A DNA stretch of 64,000 nt from Harriotta raleighana (taxonomy: Eukaryota). Position numbers and translations under genes: made by a program. Below the pieces are notes generated by a model. The model was not told where the DNA came from and did not search any database. It saw nothing but the letters and a program-made list of their open reading frames with translations. This document shows, piece by piece, positions 38,368 to 51,964 of this stretch (position 1 is the first letter of the stretch; every line of letters begins with the position of its first letter). The stretch covers positions 565,152-629,151 of the forward strand of contig JBNZDD010013695.1 of assembly GCA_050575255.1 (NCBI GenBank), in the 5' to 3' direction.

Positions 38368-39024
38368 CTGAAATACATGTTCAGGATCTTGATTGAACAT
38401 CCAGTTCTTCCATATGATAGAAAGTCGATGGAATTTTAAGAGACTCATTTTCGATTTGATAAAGTGTTCTGTGTGTGCACACGTGTTTCGGAGGGAGGGG
38501 GAGAGGGGAGGGGAGAAAAGAGCCCACTTTGTTAAGAACGATCCAAGCACAGCCACAGCAAGAAACTAACTGAGAAAATGACGTTATTTCAATGAGTTGG
38601 AGCCCACACTTCCTTCCAGGAAACAGCGAGTGATGGGGCCATCAATGCAAAAATGACTTGTTCTGCAATGCACACAAGGTGCTGAGCCCTGCAGTTTTCT
38701 AGTTGTAGGTTAAATATGCCCCCATGTCATGTCATACTTACAGAGATAAACTATCTGTTTGTACACATTGTTCAATTCTCTTTTTATATTTACACCACCT
38801 TAATGTAAATTACAGTAAAATGTATTCAGGTGGCATTAAAATGTTATTGTACATTTTGTTATTGCACATTTTTTCAAATATGCATTTATATAGTGTATAA
38901 TGATAATAATAATAATAATCCTTGCATTTGAGATAGCACCTTACCAAGCCTTCTAGACGTTGCAAAGTACTTCACGGAATGTACTATAAAGCAAATTGAA
39001 TGTATGTTTTGTGGCCGAAACTCA

Positions 39025-39690
39025 GAGTGCTTTACAAAGATTGGGGTCAAGACTGAGGAGGGAGAAGGACAAGGGAGATGTCAAAGAGGTAAATTTTAAG
39101 GCGTGGTAAATACAGAGGGTGATAGAGGCCTAGGAGGGCAGGTGATCCAGAGTTTAGGATGAAAGTTCAACACCAAGGAGACAGGCAGCAAGCCCAAGCA
39201 GAGACAGAATACAGTGGAGTGTGGTAGAAGATCAGAGAGTTAGGGCAGTAAGGGTGAGGAAATTGATCTAATAGTAAACAAGAAGCTTATGGAGCTTGGC
39301 AAGGATCGGAGTGATGGACATGCGCCTTTGGTGCGGGTGAGGATGCAGATGAGATGGATGAGATGGCGGTTTTGGTGGAGATGGTTGGTGGAGCCAGTGA
39401 GAAGTAATCCAGATGGATGGTGGAGCCAGTGAGAAGTAATAATAATCTTTGCGGTTCAAAAGAATAGGCACAGGTAACAAAAGAAAAGCAGTCTTGGTCA
39501 GGGAACTCATGTGAGAGAGAAACGAGAGCTGAGGATCGAAGACGCAATTTCGAGGTTCTATATTTGGTCAGGGAGGTCAGAGTAGAAGTGAGAAGATACG
39601 GGTGGGAGCCAAGAAGGATGTCTTCCACCTGGTCTATATTGTCTTGAAAGAAAGTGTGGCTCAACCAGGTGCATGATTGATGCTGACTTG
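39025..39690 (-). mobile_element. Degenerate L2-like LINE 3' fragment
   Basis: SITPILAKLH peptide and L2-type 3' sequence. Confidence 0.6.
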
Positions 39691-41299
39691 CAAGAGGACA
39701 GAACATCAACATAGAATAAAAAATAGAAGTGGAGCAATTGTGGGTAGAAAAATACACAAGCAGTAGATAAGCTAACCTTTTAGTTTATTTCTAAAAACAG
39801 TTTACTTTCCTTCTCCCCAGCTCTCTTTGGGTCTTCCAACCCAAGCACTGTCCCCGATTGAACTAAGCAAATGGTCTTCTCCCAAGTCCTTACAGGTCCT
39901 TACAATAAGCAGCCAGGAAGTGTGAGAGTATATGTGGGAGATTCTGCTTGGGAGGGGGGGAATTTCCTATTCTATTCCTGGAAGGCAGTAATATAGCCTT
40001 TACCTCTCTAAACAGTATACAAAATGTAATCCTACCACTCAGGAGCACAGCTCATTGAAGTTCTGATGTGCTATCCCACGAGTACAGAATACTCAGAATT
40101 TTTCAAAGGCTTTGTATGCATGGCTAACAAAATATCTTGCATAATAAGGGAAGTGACTTGCATGGGGGAGGGAGTTACATTACAGTCGGGATTTCTGTTT
40201 GAAAGAGGAACTAACTTGTGATGCAAATTTAATTGCAAAAAACACAAATTCTGTGAGAACAAATTAAATAGTATTTCCGTCAGGCAATTAATCTAACTGA
40301 TACAATAAATATGTCTAAATTACACTTTTGTGAACATTGGCATCCTTTTTTTCATGCAATAAATTTGCAATTTACGCAAGATTTTGAGCCCTGAAAACTA
40401 TTGAAACTGAAAACTACTTACTGATAGGTAAGGATGCATGGAATAAGAAAACTTGCCCAAAGTTTCGCCCTGACCAGGAATCGAACCCAGGTCCTCTTCC
40501 TTGCGAGGAAGTGCTTTAACCACTAAGCTGCAGGACCAAATACCCAAATATAACTGTTTTGTCACAACAAGTAATTCAAATTGATGCCTCATTTAATAAG
40601 ATGCATCATAAGAGGCCATCCTGATCTGAATCAATTTTGAAGTATGACACCTAACAATTACAAAACAGCAGATGGACAGTCTTTCTCACCGCACTCACTC
40701 TTCATAAGCCCCACACACTCATTCCTGAAAAGGAGAAATGCCATACTGTTTTGAATACAATAAGAGGAATCTGCCCTAAATGCAGTTCAAGATATAAATA
40801 TATCTTGGACTAAGCAAAAACAAATACAGTACTAAGAAAAACAGTTGCATACGTGTGTGTGTATCATGAAAATACGGTATATACCTAAACCCAAGGTTAA
40901 GGACACAATCTTCCTGCACAGAGATGGAAAATCACCAGCCACCACTCACGCATGTACCCAAATAAATTTTGTTAGTGGTATTGCAGTAAGTGTTAATCAG
41001 CAGTGAACAGGGAGGAGTCATAGATCAGGAGGTAAAAAGAAGTCCAGAAAGAAGGGAAAACTGAAGACTATTGCACATTACTTGCCCTCTCGTCCCACCA
41101 TCGCAGACAAGCCTTCAAACACTATGCCCCTACTCTCAAACACCATCACAAAATCCCTCCACTTGGTCCTCTCATTCTGTCTTTAAACATTCCTGAAAAT
41201 CTACCCATTTACCAATGCTACTACCACTTCCCATTTTAAAATGTTTCAAGACATTACCCAATGTTAAAGGCATTGTATAAATGCAAATCCTTGTGGTCG

Positions 41300-41672
41300 T
41301 AACAAAATTACACCAGTAGAGAGCCTTTCACGTCAGGAGGATGTCCCAAGGCGCTGGACAGTCATTCTTTCAGACTGCAGCTGGGGTCGGGGAGAATGGA
41401 GGGAAAGGGGGGATATGGGGTAACCGATGGGACCGTGAGTCTTGAAGGAGGCTCTGGAGGGGACGAGGCGAAGGGACTGTGGGATGTAGCTCCGGATGTT
41501 GGGGGCAGAGTGGCTGAAGGCTCGCCCGCCAATGGCGTGGCGGGTGGGTTGGGGGACATGGAGCAGGCCGGAGCCTGCTGAGCGGAGGGCGTGGGAAGGT
41601 TGGTAAGGGGTTAGGAGGTCACAAAGATAAGTTGGGGTGAGGACGTGGAGGGCTTTGAATGTGAGACAAGAA
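41300..41672 (-). mobile_element. L2-clade LINE 3' fragment
   Basis: LTFKALHVLTPTYLCDLLTPYQPSHALRS...GGRAFSHSAP followed by the tail. Confidence 0.85.
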
Positions 41673-42614
41673 AAAGGCAAGGAGAATCACTCTAAATTGC
41701 AGTAGTTCAAATCTAGAAAACATGTTATCATTGTAACTTTTAGGTACCATAATATTGTTCTAAAATTACTTGAAATGTGCTTTTGACTGCTCCATAATTC
41801 ACACTTTACACAATGTAATTTGTCTTCCCAAACACATCCCTGAACATTGGACTGGTGCCTTACACTTGGGGCAATATCGTATTAAAAAATGTGAAAAGCA
41901 GGAAGAGAATGGCACTAAATGAATAGCATTTTCAGAGAAAAAACATATACACGATGGGCCAAATGGCTTCCTCCAATGTTACACATTTTTACGATTTGCT
42001 TTTCCCTTGTTTTTGGCATTTTGGGGACAGATGCAAGTGAGTACATGGTTACATAAGAAAAACAATTGGTGAGAATGCAAAGCAGCAAAAGGAATGAAAG
42101 GCTGGTGTGTAAGGGTAACCTTTTTTCTTCCGCCCTCCGATCCAAAGTACCACCTTTGTATCCTGAGCGCATATTATAGCACTTGGTCTCTATGTAAATA
42201 GTAAATCCTGGTCTGGTACGTAAACCGGAACTCAACACAAACACTGAGAAAACACATTCAATTCATGGATATCCTGAATAAACTATTGCAAACTCCAGGG
42301 TGGGGAGGGAGCTGGTGGAAAAGGAATTGATGGTGAGTACTGCAGCATAAAGTTGACCAGAAAAAAATACAGCCATCATATAAATTAATTGACTGAAGCA
42401 ATTTCTCCACATTTTGACTGAAGCAGNAGTACTGCAGCATAAAGTTGACCAGAAAAAAATACAGCCATCATATAAATGAAGCAATTTCTCCACATTTTGA
42501 CTGAAGCAACCTAAATTAAACATCTAAACAGAAGACAACATGTGTATATGGTCTCTGATCATTCCAGTTAGAGGTACATATTCGCTGATTTTTTTGAGGG
42601 AGCAGGAACAATAA

Positions 42615-43220
42615 TAATACTGTATATTTTACATCAGGAGGACATCTCAGATTGCTCCACAGGATTTACTGTAATGCGTTGTGGTTGTGTATTGTGGAGG
42701 TCAACGCGGCAGGCAATTTGCACACACCGATATCTCACAAACAGCCTAATGGTGTGAATAATCTGACAAATTGTTGGCCAAGACACCGGATAAACTCTCT
42801 TTTCTTAATGAATGGTTTCATAGGATCTTTAATGCCTGCCTGAACTGACAGCCTGGTTTAATATTCCAACTGAAGGAGAGCACTTTCAACAATAAAGCCC
42901 ATATACACCCATGTAGTGCGTTGAAGTAAAAACGCAAAATACTGCAGTTGTTGCAAATCTGAAACAAAACCAGAAGTCGCTGGGAACACTCAGCAAGTCA
43001 GGCAGCAGCTTTAAACTTCTTTAGACGCTGGCGAGTGTTCCCAGCAACTTTCTGCTTTTGCTTCAGATTTGCAGCATCTGCACTACTTTGTGTTTCGTTA
43101 CTGCACTGAAGTGTCAGCTGAGACTATGTGAGTTCAAACGCTGACATGAGACTTGAACCCACAACTTCCTAACTCACAAGGCGAGAGTACAGTACTACCA
43201 ATTGATCAGGACGACACAAA
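42615..43220 (-). mobile_element. Ancient DeuSINE-type element interrupted by an inverted-repeat insert
   Basis: Deu core at about 42690-42900 and head at about 43100-43215, split by 42928-43099. Confidence 0.65.
42928..43099. repeat. Inverted repeat built from a Penelope-like terminal sequence
   Basis: About 70-bp arms: caaaatactgcagttgttgcaaatctgaaacaaaaccagaagtcgctgggaacactc and its approximate reverse complement. The same motif occurs singly at 18120-18182. Confidence 0.7.
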
Positions 43221-43550
43221 TAAAAAGAATTGCTTCAAAAGGAATCCTGTAACATTAAAAAAAAGTTTGATATTTTATCTCATATAAGCTCTCATTGGTA
43301 TCAAAGTAATGAAAATGTATACACAGGGTGACGAAAAAGCCATTATTTTTCAGCTAACCTATTATCTAAAAAAAATCTTAATTTCTTTTAAGACTTATGA
43401 ACATTGTAACGGTATCACAACATTTTGGTGACCGTGCACTAGCCAAATGAAGTAAATCCATAATGGATTAAGGAGAGGGGTGAGAGGGTGGAAGAGGAAA
43501 AGACATACAGTACAGCAAAGAATACAGATCTCATAACACAAACTCTAGTA

Positions 43551-44448
43551 GAGTAAAAGTCTGTTTATCCGTGACTCGATGAACCGAAAACCCGTTGGAC
43601 CGGCACCTCAAAAAAAAAGGCCCGATTCGATAAACCGGAAGTTATCCAGCAGATAAGCAATGACACATTTAATGAATCGATTTTCGCACGAGATTACTAT
43701 GTAGGTATTTCGGCTGGCCACTAGTCGAACCTAAGGGCTACTGTCCTTTTTTAAAAAAAAGTCGTGCTGCCATTTTGTTTTCCTCCCATTGCGGCCATTG
43801 CAGAAGTTAAGTATAAATAATAAAGTACTAATATAATCTTAATTTAATTTGCGCACAAATATACAGTCGTTTTTTCCTGTTCTCCTTCCCCTTACCCCAA
43901 ACCCTCCCCTTGCCTTATTTCACCCCTTTCTCCCAACCCCACTTCCATGACTGTTTGTGGGACACTGCTGTGTGCAATTTGGCTGCCGCGTTTCACCCAC
44001 AAATATACAGTCAATTTTCCTACTTTCTTTCCCCCGAGCCCCACCCCCCCACTCTGATCCCTACTTGACTGCTCAGTGCCTTGGGACGTCCTCCCGACGT
44101 GAAAGGCGCTATATAAATGTAATTTTGATTGATTGATTGAATCTTTTGTCATTACAGTATCTATTATTAGTGTGTTTAGTCTATTATTTATATAGTAGAG
44201 TTCAACATTTACAATAAAGTAGCCATACAATATTCTGTTATTACAGTAGCTGTTATTACTGTATTTACTCTATTATTTATATGGTACAGTGTACAACATT
44301 TACAATAAAATATCCATGTAATATTGTTATTATCTGCTATTATTTAGTCTATTATTAATATGGTATGTGTTCAAATAATTTTTAATTTAAAAAAAAGTTA
44401 AACCGGAAAGCCAGGTCCCGTGGGTGCCGGATAAACGGGCTTTTACTG
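43551..44448. mobile_element. Second copy of the same MITE, carrying a nested retro-insertion
   Basis: TA|GAGTAAAAGTCTGTTTATCCG ... CGGATAAACGGGCTTTTACTG|TA. Collinear with 3884-4556 apart from the insert at 43841-44139. Confidence 0.85.
43841..44139 (+). mobile_element. Chimeric SINE fragment (Deu-type core, pyrimidine-rich spacers, L2-type tail ending in (GATT)n)
   Basis: Core catgactgtttgtgggacactgctgtgtgcaatttggctgccgcgtttc, tail gggacgtcctcccgacgtgaaaggcgctatataaatg, flanked by an AATCTT duplication. Confidence 0.8.
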
Positions 44449-45091
44449 TACAACCCATAAACTAGCCACAACTGTCAAACTGGGACATACCGAATGTCAA
44501 TCATGATAAACTGCAACAATACAAATAATATGACACTGTCACAAAGATGCCAATTTAATATTCCATGGTTGCACAGAGATCAAAAGTTGAAGCAAAGAGG
44601 CATTTGCTCACGCTATTTCTTAAAGGTCAGCGTCATCAATGTCATCGGGTAACTGAATGCTCACTTGTGTCCAAGATAGCAGGGGGTGCGAGGAGTTTCA
44701 AAAGTAACTCACCATTATGTCTATCACTATTCCTTATCCAGAAACGAGAGTAGAGAACGAGACCATGTGGGCTTCAAGCATACAAATACCACCTTATTTA
44801 TATACAGTGGAATAAAGGATTATTGCTTTATTATTCATTTTAGAAAGTTCAAAACCTATTTTTATAAACCTATTAGTGTGTTAAACTTACTGAATCTATC
44901 TTAAATGCAGCCCGTTAAAAATACAACGATAGCCAGATTAATCAACTTGGCTATAAATTTAGTGATAAAGGTGTAATCTGTGGCGGAGGAGTACCTAATG
45001 AAGCATAATACAAGAATGTGAGAGCTGGCACTTGTTATGAAAGGGAAAACGCAAGAGTAAATAAAAAATGGTATTACGAGCCTGTTCTCAC

Positions 45092-45164
45092 CACAATCAT
45101 TTCTGAAGGCTCCAAAACAATGCATTCACTTCGTCTCAGGCTTCCTGCAGACTGCTTGCCAAAA
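45092..45164 (-). CDS. rapgef6: PDZ-GEF coding exon 5
   Basis: ccctttttgcag|T TTT GGC...ATT GTG|gtgaga. 73 nt, encodes FGKQSAGSLRRSECIVLEPSEMIV. Confidence 0.93.
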
Positions 45165-46069
45165 CTGCAAAAAGGGTGAAGAAAAGGAAAATGTTTACAT
45201 TCAATTAGCGAAACTAATCACGCGATTATCCACTGCCTCGATATTTGCAGTGAACTGGACATTTGCGTACAGTTACAGGGGGAACTTTGATGTGTTCTTC
45301 CTGCTTTGTGAGATTGACGAGACAGCGTGACCACAGATGGCATACATGACCTTCCAATCAACCAACGCAACATTTCACAACACTGGCTCACAACAAAGGC
45401 AAAAGGCCATCAATGGGAAGGTTTCCCACAATTTGATGTAATGCCCCACAAACTGATAATTGCGGATTTCTGATTCAATAACGTCAGGGATAGGTACATT
45501 GAACATGTATGTGTATTATTTTAATTGATCACTGTGACAGACGTTTCCCTTTGCCACTGTGACTGAAGGGTTCAACCTATCACAGCTAAAATAACGATAT
45601 CAAGAGAAACCAAACTGCAAATTTACCATCCTATAAACATTGCAAATATTAGTACAGTACAACTAATATAGATCATTCACAGCGGGGGACGAGGAATTAA
45701 TGTACCAGTTGGTACAATGGAAAATTGTTTAAAAAAAAACCACTGAAGAAATTCATCTCACACAGAGGGGGAAGCCATATATACATCATATATCTGATGC
45801 CATGTATGAAAATAGAGATGGGTTGGGTATCAGCCTGGGTCCAACCTGAATAGAGAACACTCACCAAGCAAGATGAATCAATCCATGAATACGCAGCTAT
45901 GGACCAAATGTTTCTGGAACAACGTGATCATCAATTAGCATCCTCTGCTGTGGTTTGTTTCAACCGAGACTCTGTCAAGTTGACTCCGAAGCTGAGCTTT
46001 TGGAACAGCCCGGCAGTTTCTCACCAAATTGCAAGATTTGTAGATGGGTCTTTTTTGATAAGCGCCACC

Positions 46070-46255
46070 ACTACTTAACGTCCACCTGAACAGGCAATCG
46101 GGACCTCGGTTTGATGTCTTCTCCTACACTGCACTGGAGTGTCACTCTGTACTAGAAGTTTCAAAGTGATGAGGTGGGCTTGAACCCACAACCTTCTGAC
46201 TCAGAAGCGATGACACCAATCTTCTGACTCAGACACAACTGAACCAGAATGACAC
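46070..46255 (-). mobile_element. Ancient DeuSINE-type fragment
   Basis: tccacctgaacaggc...gggacctcggtttgatgtct...gggcttgaacccacaaccttctgactcaga. Confidence 0.65.
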
Positions 46256-47042
46256 AGGTCAGAGAAAGGGAGAGAGTGGTACAGAGAGAGAAAGGGAGAG
46301 GACAGAAAATTCTGTACTAACTCTTGTGCTAAATGAAAAGTATCTGACTTCTACTCCCCATTTACTGATTTGAGACAGAGTGAAAAATCTTTTGTTCCAC
46401 TTTAAAGAGACATATCAAGTTCCTTATAAGTTTGCGTGTGTCCGCACACTCTTGCAAATAGGAAATTCATCACCTAGGTAACAGACGAAACCACTGTTTT
46501 GAGTCTTTCTCTCAGAGTCAAATAGACCTTCTAAGTTTCACCTTCGCTCTTCAACTTAGAAGTTTCATTTCGTAAAGGTCAACTTCATCAATCAGGAAGC
46601 TAATAGATAATAATAATAATAATCCTTGCTTTTGATACAGTCCCTTATCACGTCTTCGAGACATCTCAAAAGGCTTCACAGAATTGACCCCCCACCCACA
46701 GAACATTAAACATCAACAACAATCCTACAGGTAATTTGGCTGAAGGTGAAGCGAGGACAGTCCACCCACAGTTAATAATCTATGCTTTGTGCATAGTATT
46801 GCCCAAATAATCTATGCTTTGTGCATATTGCCCAAAGTCATGCTTTACCTGCAATTAGTAAATTCTGATTTGGGAATTTACTGTTTCAAAAATGTCTTGC
46901 CAAATAAAAAGCAGGAAACTGAAGAATAAAGCTAATTTCTAGATGACTTTAATGTTTTGTTAACTAGCGGTACAAAGTTTGAGTTGACGGAATGCTCGCA
47001 CCACGAACAGCACACACATTGTGAGTGACAAGTTTTGACTTG

Positions 47043-47194
47043 TAATAATAATAATAATCCTTCCATTTGATAAAGCGCCATATCACATGTTTGTGACGTC
47101 TGAAAACGCCTCACAGGACACACTGTATATTTTGTGGGTGAAACCTGGCAGCCAGTTGCGCACAGCAGTGTCACACAAGGAGTCGTGGATTGAG
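47043..47194 (-). mobile_element. Truncated dominant SINE
   Basis: Tail and core in reverse complement. Confidence 0.75.
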
Positions 47195-47274
47195 TGTCCA
47201 AGCTTCCTCAATAACACAAAGATACTGAAATTCTTGATATTTTCTTCAGAATTTTTGCCTACGACAATTGTAAT

Positions 47275-48630
47275 TTACACAGATTGTGCAGCATGGAAAC
47301 AGGCCACTCAGCCCAACAAATCCATGTGAGTCGCCATCCACCCACAACCTTATATGCAAATCTAGCTTCCCCTTAAATGTATAACACTGTCTGATTCAAC
47401 CACCACTTTGGACAAAGTTCCACATTCTCACAATTCTTCGCATGAAGTAGTTCCTCCTGAATTCTCTTTAAATCCTCTGGTCGCTATCTTATACTTGTGC
47501 CTCTGAGTACAGATTCCCCAACAAGTGGGGAAGAAAAACGTTTGCTAACTTCATCAAACTCTTTTATAATTCTGAACACATGTGTTAGGTTCCCTTGTAA
47601 ACATCTCTTCCCCAGCAAAAATTAAATCTACTCTGATACCATTATCATCTTTGTAAACCTACCTTGTACTCTTTCCATCACTGCTATATTGTGGTGGGGT
47701 AGCCAGAATTGGATACTGTACTCTAACTAAGTTTTAGACTAATTCAATATTACATTCTCACTTTTATCCTTCTGGACATAAAGCCCAAGAACCCTTTGGT
47801 CTTGTTTTTAAAAAAATATATATAGCACTATTTACCTCCCTAACTACTTTTAAAAGTTTTATGGATCTGAATTCCCAGATCTTTGTTTCTTCTTTATTTC
47901 CTACGATTTAGATGTACAGTACAACTTTTTTTTCCGCCAAAGTGAGTTATTTTGCAATCCTATGTTAAACTTAATTTCCTTATTCTGCCAGCCTGCGTTG
48001 TACATTTCTCTTAACTATTTAACATGCCCCCAGTTGGTGTCATCTGCAGATTCAGACACACCTCCTTTGGCTGAATCCAAATAATGATAATCCTTACATT
48101 TGATGTGAGATAATTCATGTGAATGATAAACAGTACCACTTCCAACCTCTTGCCAGCATCCATTGAGTTAAATGGAGTATAAATGGAATGCAAATAAATG
48201 AAAATTGCTGTTGTTAACTTCTACTCTTTGCTATCTGCTTTCTAACTATTCTTGAATACTTCTCACACAAGTCCACACACCCCAATTTTAACTTTTAAGT
48301 TTCTCACCTGGTGCTTTATCAAAGGCCTTCGGGAAATCCTAACACTACATCCACTGCATTTCCCTTATCTACTTTATGGATTAAATCTTCGAAGAATTCA
48401 ATAAGGTTTGTCAAGCATGTTCTACCTTTTTGTAAATCCATGCTGGCTGCTCTTAATTATATTCTCCTTCTCTAGATGACAAGTCAATTCATCTTTTATT
48501 ATGGATTACCCACAACCAATGTTAAGATGACTGGCCTACAGTTTCCTGGATAAGGTCTATTAACCTTTTTAATAATAGGTACTATATTTACCCGCCTCCA
48601 TCCTTCTGGCACGATTCCTTTCTCTACCAA
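47275..48630 (-). mobile_element. CR1 LINE fragment (RT to 3' tail)
   Basis: Minus-strand YRPVIL, ACLTNL, VDVVL.DF.KAFDK and FADDT-like motifs; CR1 tail near 47280-47330. Confidence 0.75.
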
Positions 48631-48665
48631 ATTTTTAAATATATATTATAAGTATATAATTTTTA

Positions 48666-48930
48666 AAATCCTTGCATTTGATATAGCACTTTTCACGTCT
48701 TCTAGACGTCACAGAGCTTTACTGTAAAGTGAATTCACTGTATATATGTGGGCAAAACGCAGCAGCCAATTGCACACAGCAGTGTATCACAGTCATGGAT
48801 TGAACTGACCAATTTATTTATTTTAATTTANTTTTTAGGGATTATTATCAGGCGTGTGGAGTAAGGAAACTTGCCCAAGGTTTCACCCTGACCTGCCTCG
48901 AATTGAACCCAGGTCTCTCACTTGTAAGGC
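48666..48930 (-). mobile_element. Near full-length dominant SINE between CR1 fragments
   Basis: Tail, core and B-box region present. Confidence 0.85.
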
Positions 48931-49244
48931 TGATTAGGGCTGTGGGACGCTACCCTTTGTGAGAAGTGCTATATAAATTCAAGTTCTTGTTTCATCAATT
49001 GCTATTAAATGATTATATTGCAGATATTTTCAACTCTCTTTGGGGACTTTTTCAAGCTGAGAGGGGAAGAGGAGAACAATTTAGCACAAGAGTGCGCGAA
49101 AGAGTGTGTGTTGGTGAGAGAGTGCATGAGAAAAGGGTGGGAGTGAGAAAGAGCATGAGGGAAAGCAGGAGGGAGAAACAAAGAGGGTGAGGGCAAAAAG
49201 AGCAATTCTTTTGCACTGCTTTTTACTCTTTATTATGCGTCTTG

Positions 49245-49745
49245 TTTGGTTTCATCTGCTCATTTTGGTAATACCACTGCTTTATCTGAGTCCAAATCAT
49301 TTATGTATATGGTGAGCAGTTGCACTTCTAATCTGAACTCCTGCAGAATACCACATCCTTTTGCAAGCCTGAGAAAATGCATTACTTCTAATTTTTGCTT
49401 TATTAACCCTTCTGCTGCCTCTCCCACAACTCTATGTGGCCTAATTTTAAGCACAAGGCTTTCTTGTGGCACTTTATTGGGACCTCTGAAAATCCAAATC
49501 CTCTACTTCACTGCATATCTGTTGCCTACGTTATTGATTACATCTTCAAATAACTCTGTAAACTTGGTCTAGCATGACCTACCCTTTTGAATCCACACTA
49601 TCTGCTCTTAATTATGTATTTTTTTCTAGATGACTAATTACTTCATCTTTTATTTATGGGTTCCAATTCCTTGCCCACAACCAATGTTAAATTAAGTGGC
49701 TTGTAGTTTCCTGGATTAGATCTACCCTCCTTTTTAAACGTAGAT
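49245..49745 (-). mobile_element. CR1 LINE RT fragment
   Basis: NYKPL, IYINDLD and DFQR motifs on the minus strand. Confidence 0.7.
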
Positions 49746-50125
49746 ATTACAGATTATTCATTTAGCATTACAACCATTTCTTTATTATCTGTTTGATTTT
49801 ATCTCCCCTTAATGGTACTAATCCCTACTTTAATCATGAAATTATTGGTAACATATTTCTATTTCTTTTTTTTGCTATATTCTTTTCATAAAAATTTAAA
49901 GTTTTGAAGGGCTTTATGTATCCTGTAACCAGGTCAACCCCCAGTGTTATTCTCAGGTCTAAAGGAGGAAGTGGAAGGAAAGGGATAAGTAAAACATCAG
50001 CAAAATCTCCTCAATGGCCTGGATTCAAACATAAATGGCTTCCCTATCTCAGGATTTTAAGAATTGACTTCGCTTATAAACCAGCAGAAGATTTGTTATC
50101 CTTGGGAAAAAAAATCATACACTAC

Positions 50126-50209
50126 CTGCAACTTGGAAGATACATCGATTCTTTCATAAATACACATCCTGAAACGAGGATGTACCAGCAAGTGGCAATG
50201 CTGTTAGGA
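50126..50209 (-). CDS. rapgef6: PDZ-GEF coding exon 4
   Basis: tatactttag|T CCT AAC...TGC AG|gtagtg. 84 nt, encodes PNSIATCWYILVSGCVFMKESMYLPSC(S), matching family CWYILLSGSV. Confidence 0.93.
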
Positions 50210-50271
50210 CTAAAGTATACAAAAAAAAATAAAGTTAGTAAACGTACAAGATTAGAGAACAACTAACTGGT

Positions 50272-50712
50272 GTGTCAGGCTTGCTCATTTGGCAGCACTT
50301 TCATCTCTAAACGCTGGTGGTTCAAGCCCCACAACAAGTCTTTGAATTTATACAGTCTAAGATGATATTCCAATGCAATGCTAAGGCAGAGGCAGAAGGA
50401 TTGCATTGCCGGAGACACAATCCTTCAGTTGAGACATTAAACCAGAGTTCTCATCTGCCTGTTCAAGTAGGTGTTAAAGATCCTATGGTACTATTCATAA
50501 AGAGAATAATTTTTTGCCCCCCCATTGGCTTGTCAAGCAATCCTCCAAATATAGTTGGTCATTCACTCCAAGGATCTTTATGGAACTTCGCCATGCACAA
50601 TTGAAACTGCTTCATTCACCTACAAATAACAGTCACCACACCTCACAATAAATCCTGTGAAAAGCTTTTTGATGTCCTCCCAAACGTGAAAAGTACTAAA
50701 CCAAATGCATGA
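50272..50712 (+). mobile_element. Ancient DeuSINE-type element
   Basis: tgtcaggcttgctcatttggcagc head and gttcaagtaggtgttaaagatcctatggtactatt core. Confidence 0.65.
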
Positions 50713-51379
50713 ATCATTAGTATTCAATAAATTCTGAACCGTAGAAACGAAAAAAAATGAATACAATAAATGCCCAGCTCTGGGTATCCGGAAATTGATC
50801 CTAGTAGACTTGTTGTGGGCACAAAAGCAATTTTTAAAAAAATCTGCGGACACAAACGTATGGACTTTTACTGCCCCAGCCCAATCTCCTAGCAGGCACC
50901 CCCACCTCACCTTCCTTGGTGTCCATCAGTGGCTAGGGGTAACGACTGAGTCAGTTTGAATCCCACCATGCAAGTTTTTAACCGCATTATAAGTATACTT
51001 AGGTGGAAATTCATCTTGCCAGACCAGATCTCACCCTTCCCCTCCCACCAATTTATCCCACTGATATTTTAATTGGATTTCCCCCTCCCGTTAGCCTTGG
51101 TTATAGTGTAGTTTAATTGGACATAGTAACAATAATAATCCTTGCATTTGATCTAGTGCCTTATCATGTCAGAACTTCACAGAATGCACTGTAAAGTGAA
51201 CTGTGTTTATTCACAAAGTGTACATTTCGTGGGTGAAATAGCATACCAGAGCAGACACTACATTATCCAATTAATTTATCATTGATTCATCTACTTTATG
51301 CAGTTCAAGAATATGATTCTTGGGAATATTCATAATAGTACCATATCCATTCATTCTGATAGTGTCCCATCACAATTTG

Positions 51380-51675
51380 TTGATTTATCTCAAAGCACTT
51401 CACAAGCTTTTATTGGTGAAGTTTATTGACTGTGTATTTGCAGCTCATTTACACCCAGAAACGTCCCATAAACAGACACGTGAATGGTCGACTTTATGTT
51501 GGGTATTATTGGTTAAGATACCTGAACAGTCAAGACTTTGGTTTAACATCTTGTCCCAAGGACACCTTCACCAACATTACAGCATACCCCCAGCATTGCA
51601 TTGGGGTGTCAGTCTCGATTATCTGATAACTCCCAGATTGCAGTTTGAACCCACAACTTTCTGACTTAGACGTGA
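51380..51675 (-). mobile_element. Ancient DeuSINE-type element
   Basis: cctgaacag...ggtttaacatcttgtcccaaggacacc...ttgaacccacaactttctgact. Confidence 0.6.
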
Positions 51676-51964
51676 TCGTGGCTAGGATTGTTGCCTGGAA
51701 TGAGGAAATTCAGATCTAGGGAAAGGCTTGAGGTATTTAGATAATGGGAAGCTTAGATAGAGAAGCGTTATTATTTGCAGTGATCGGAGGGTGGGGGTCT
51801 AGAACAAAAGGGCAGTTTTAATTATTTTCTTTTAAGTGAATACTCAATAAGCCCGTCGCTTACACAAAAATAACAATGTTATTCAGTGAGCACCATTACA
51901 ATATACTGAAACAGTGTCACAATGTAATTGCATGTTTTTCCATCTCTCTTCCCTTCCGAAGTAA

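Noticed and set aside
46773-46836. Short tandem duplications (also near 22490, 39385, 46193, 53138)
   Set aside because: Ordinary two-copy slippage duplications with no further structure.
49904-50266. 120-aa plus-strand ORF
   Set aside because: It overlaps exon 4 in antisense and has no independent support.
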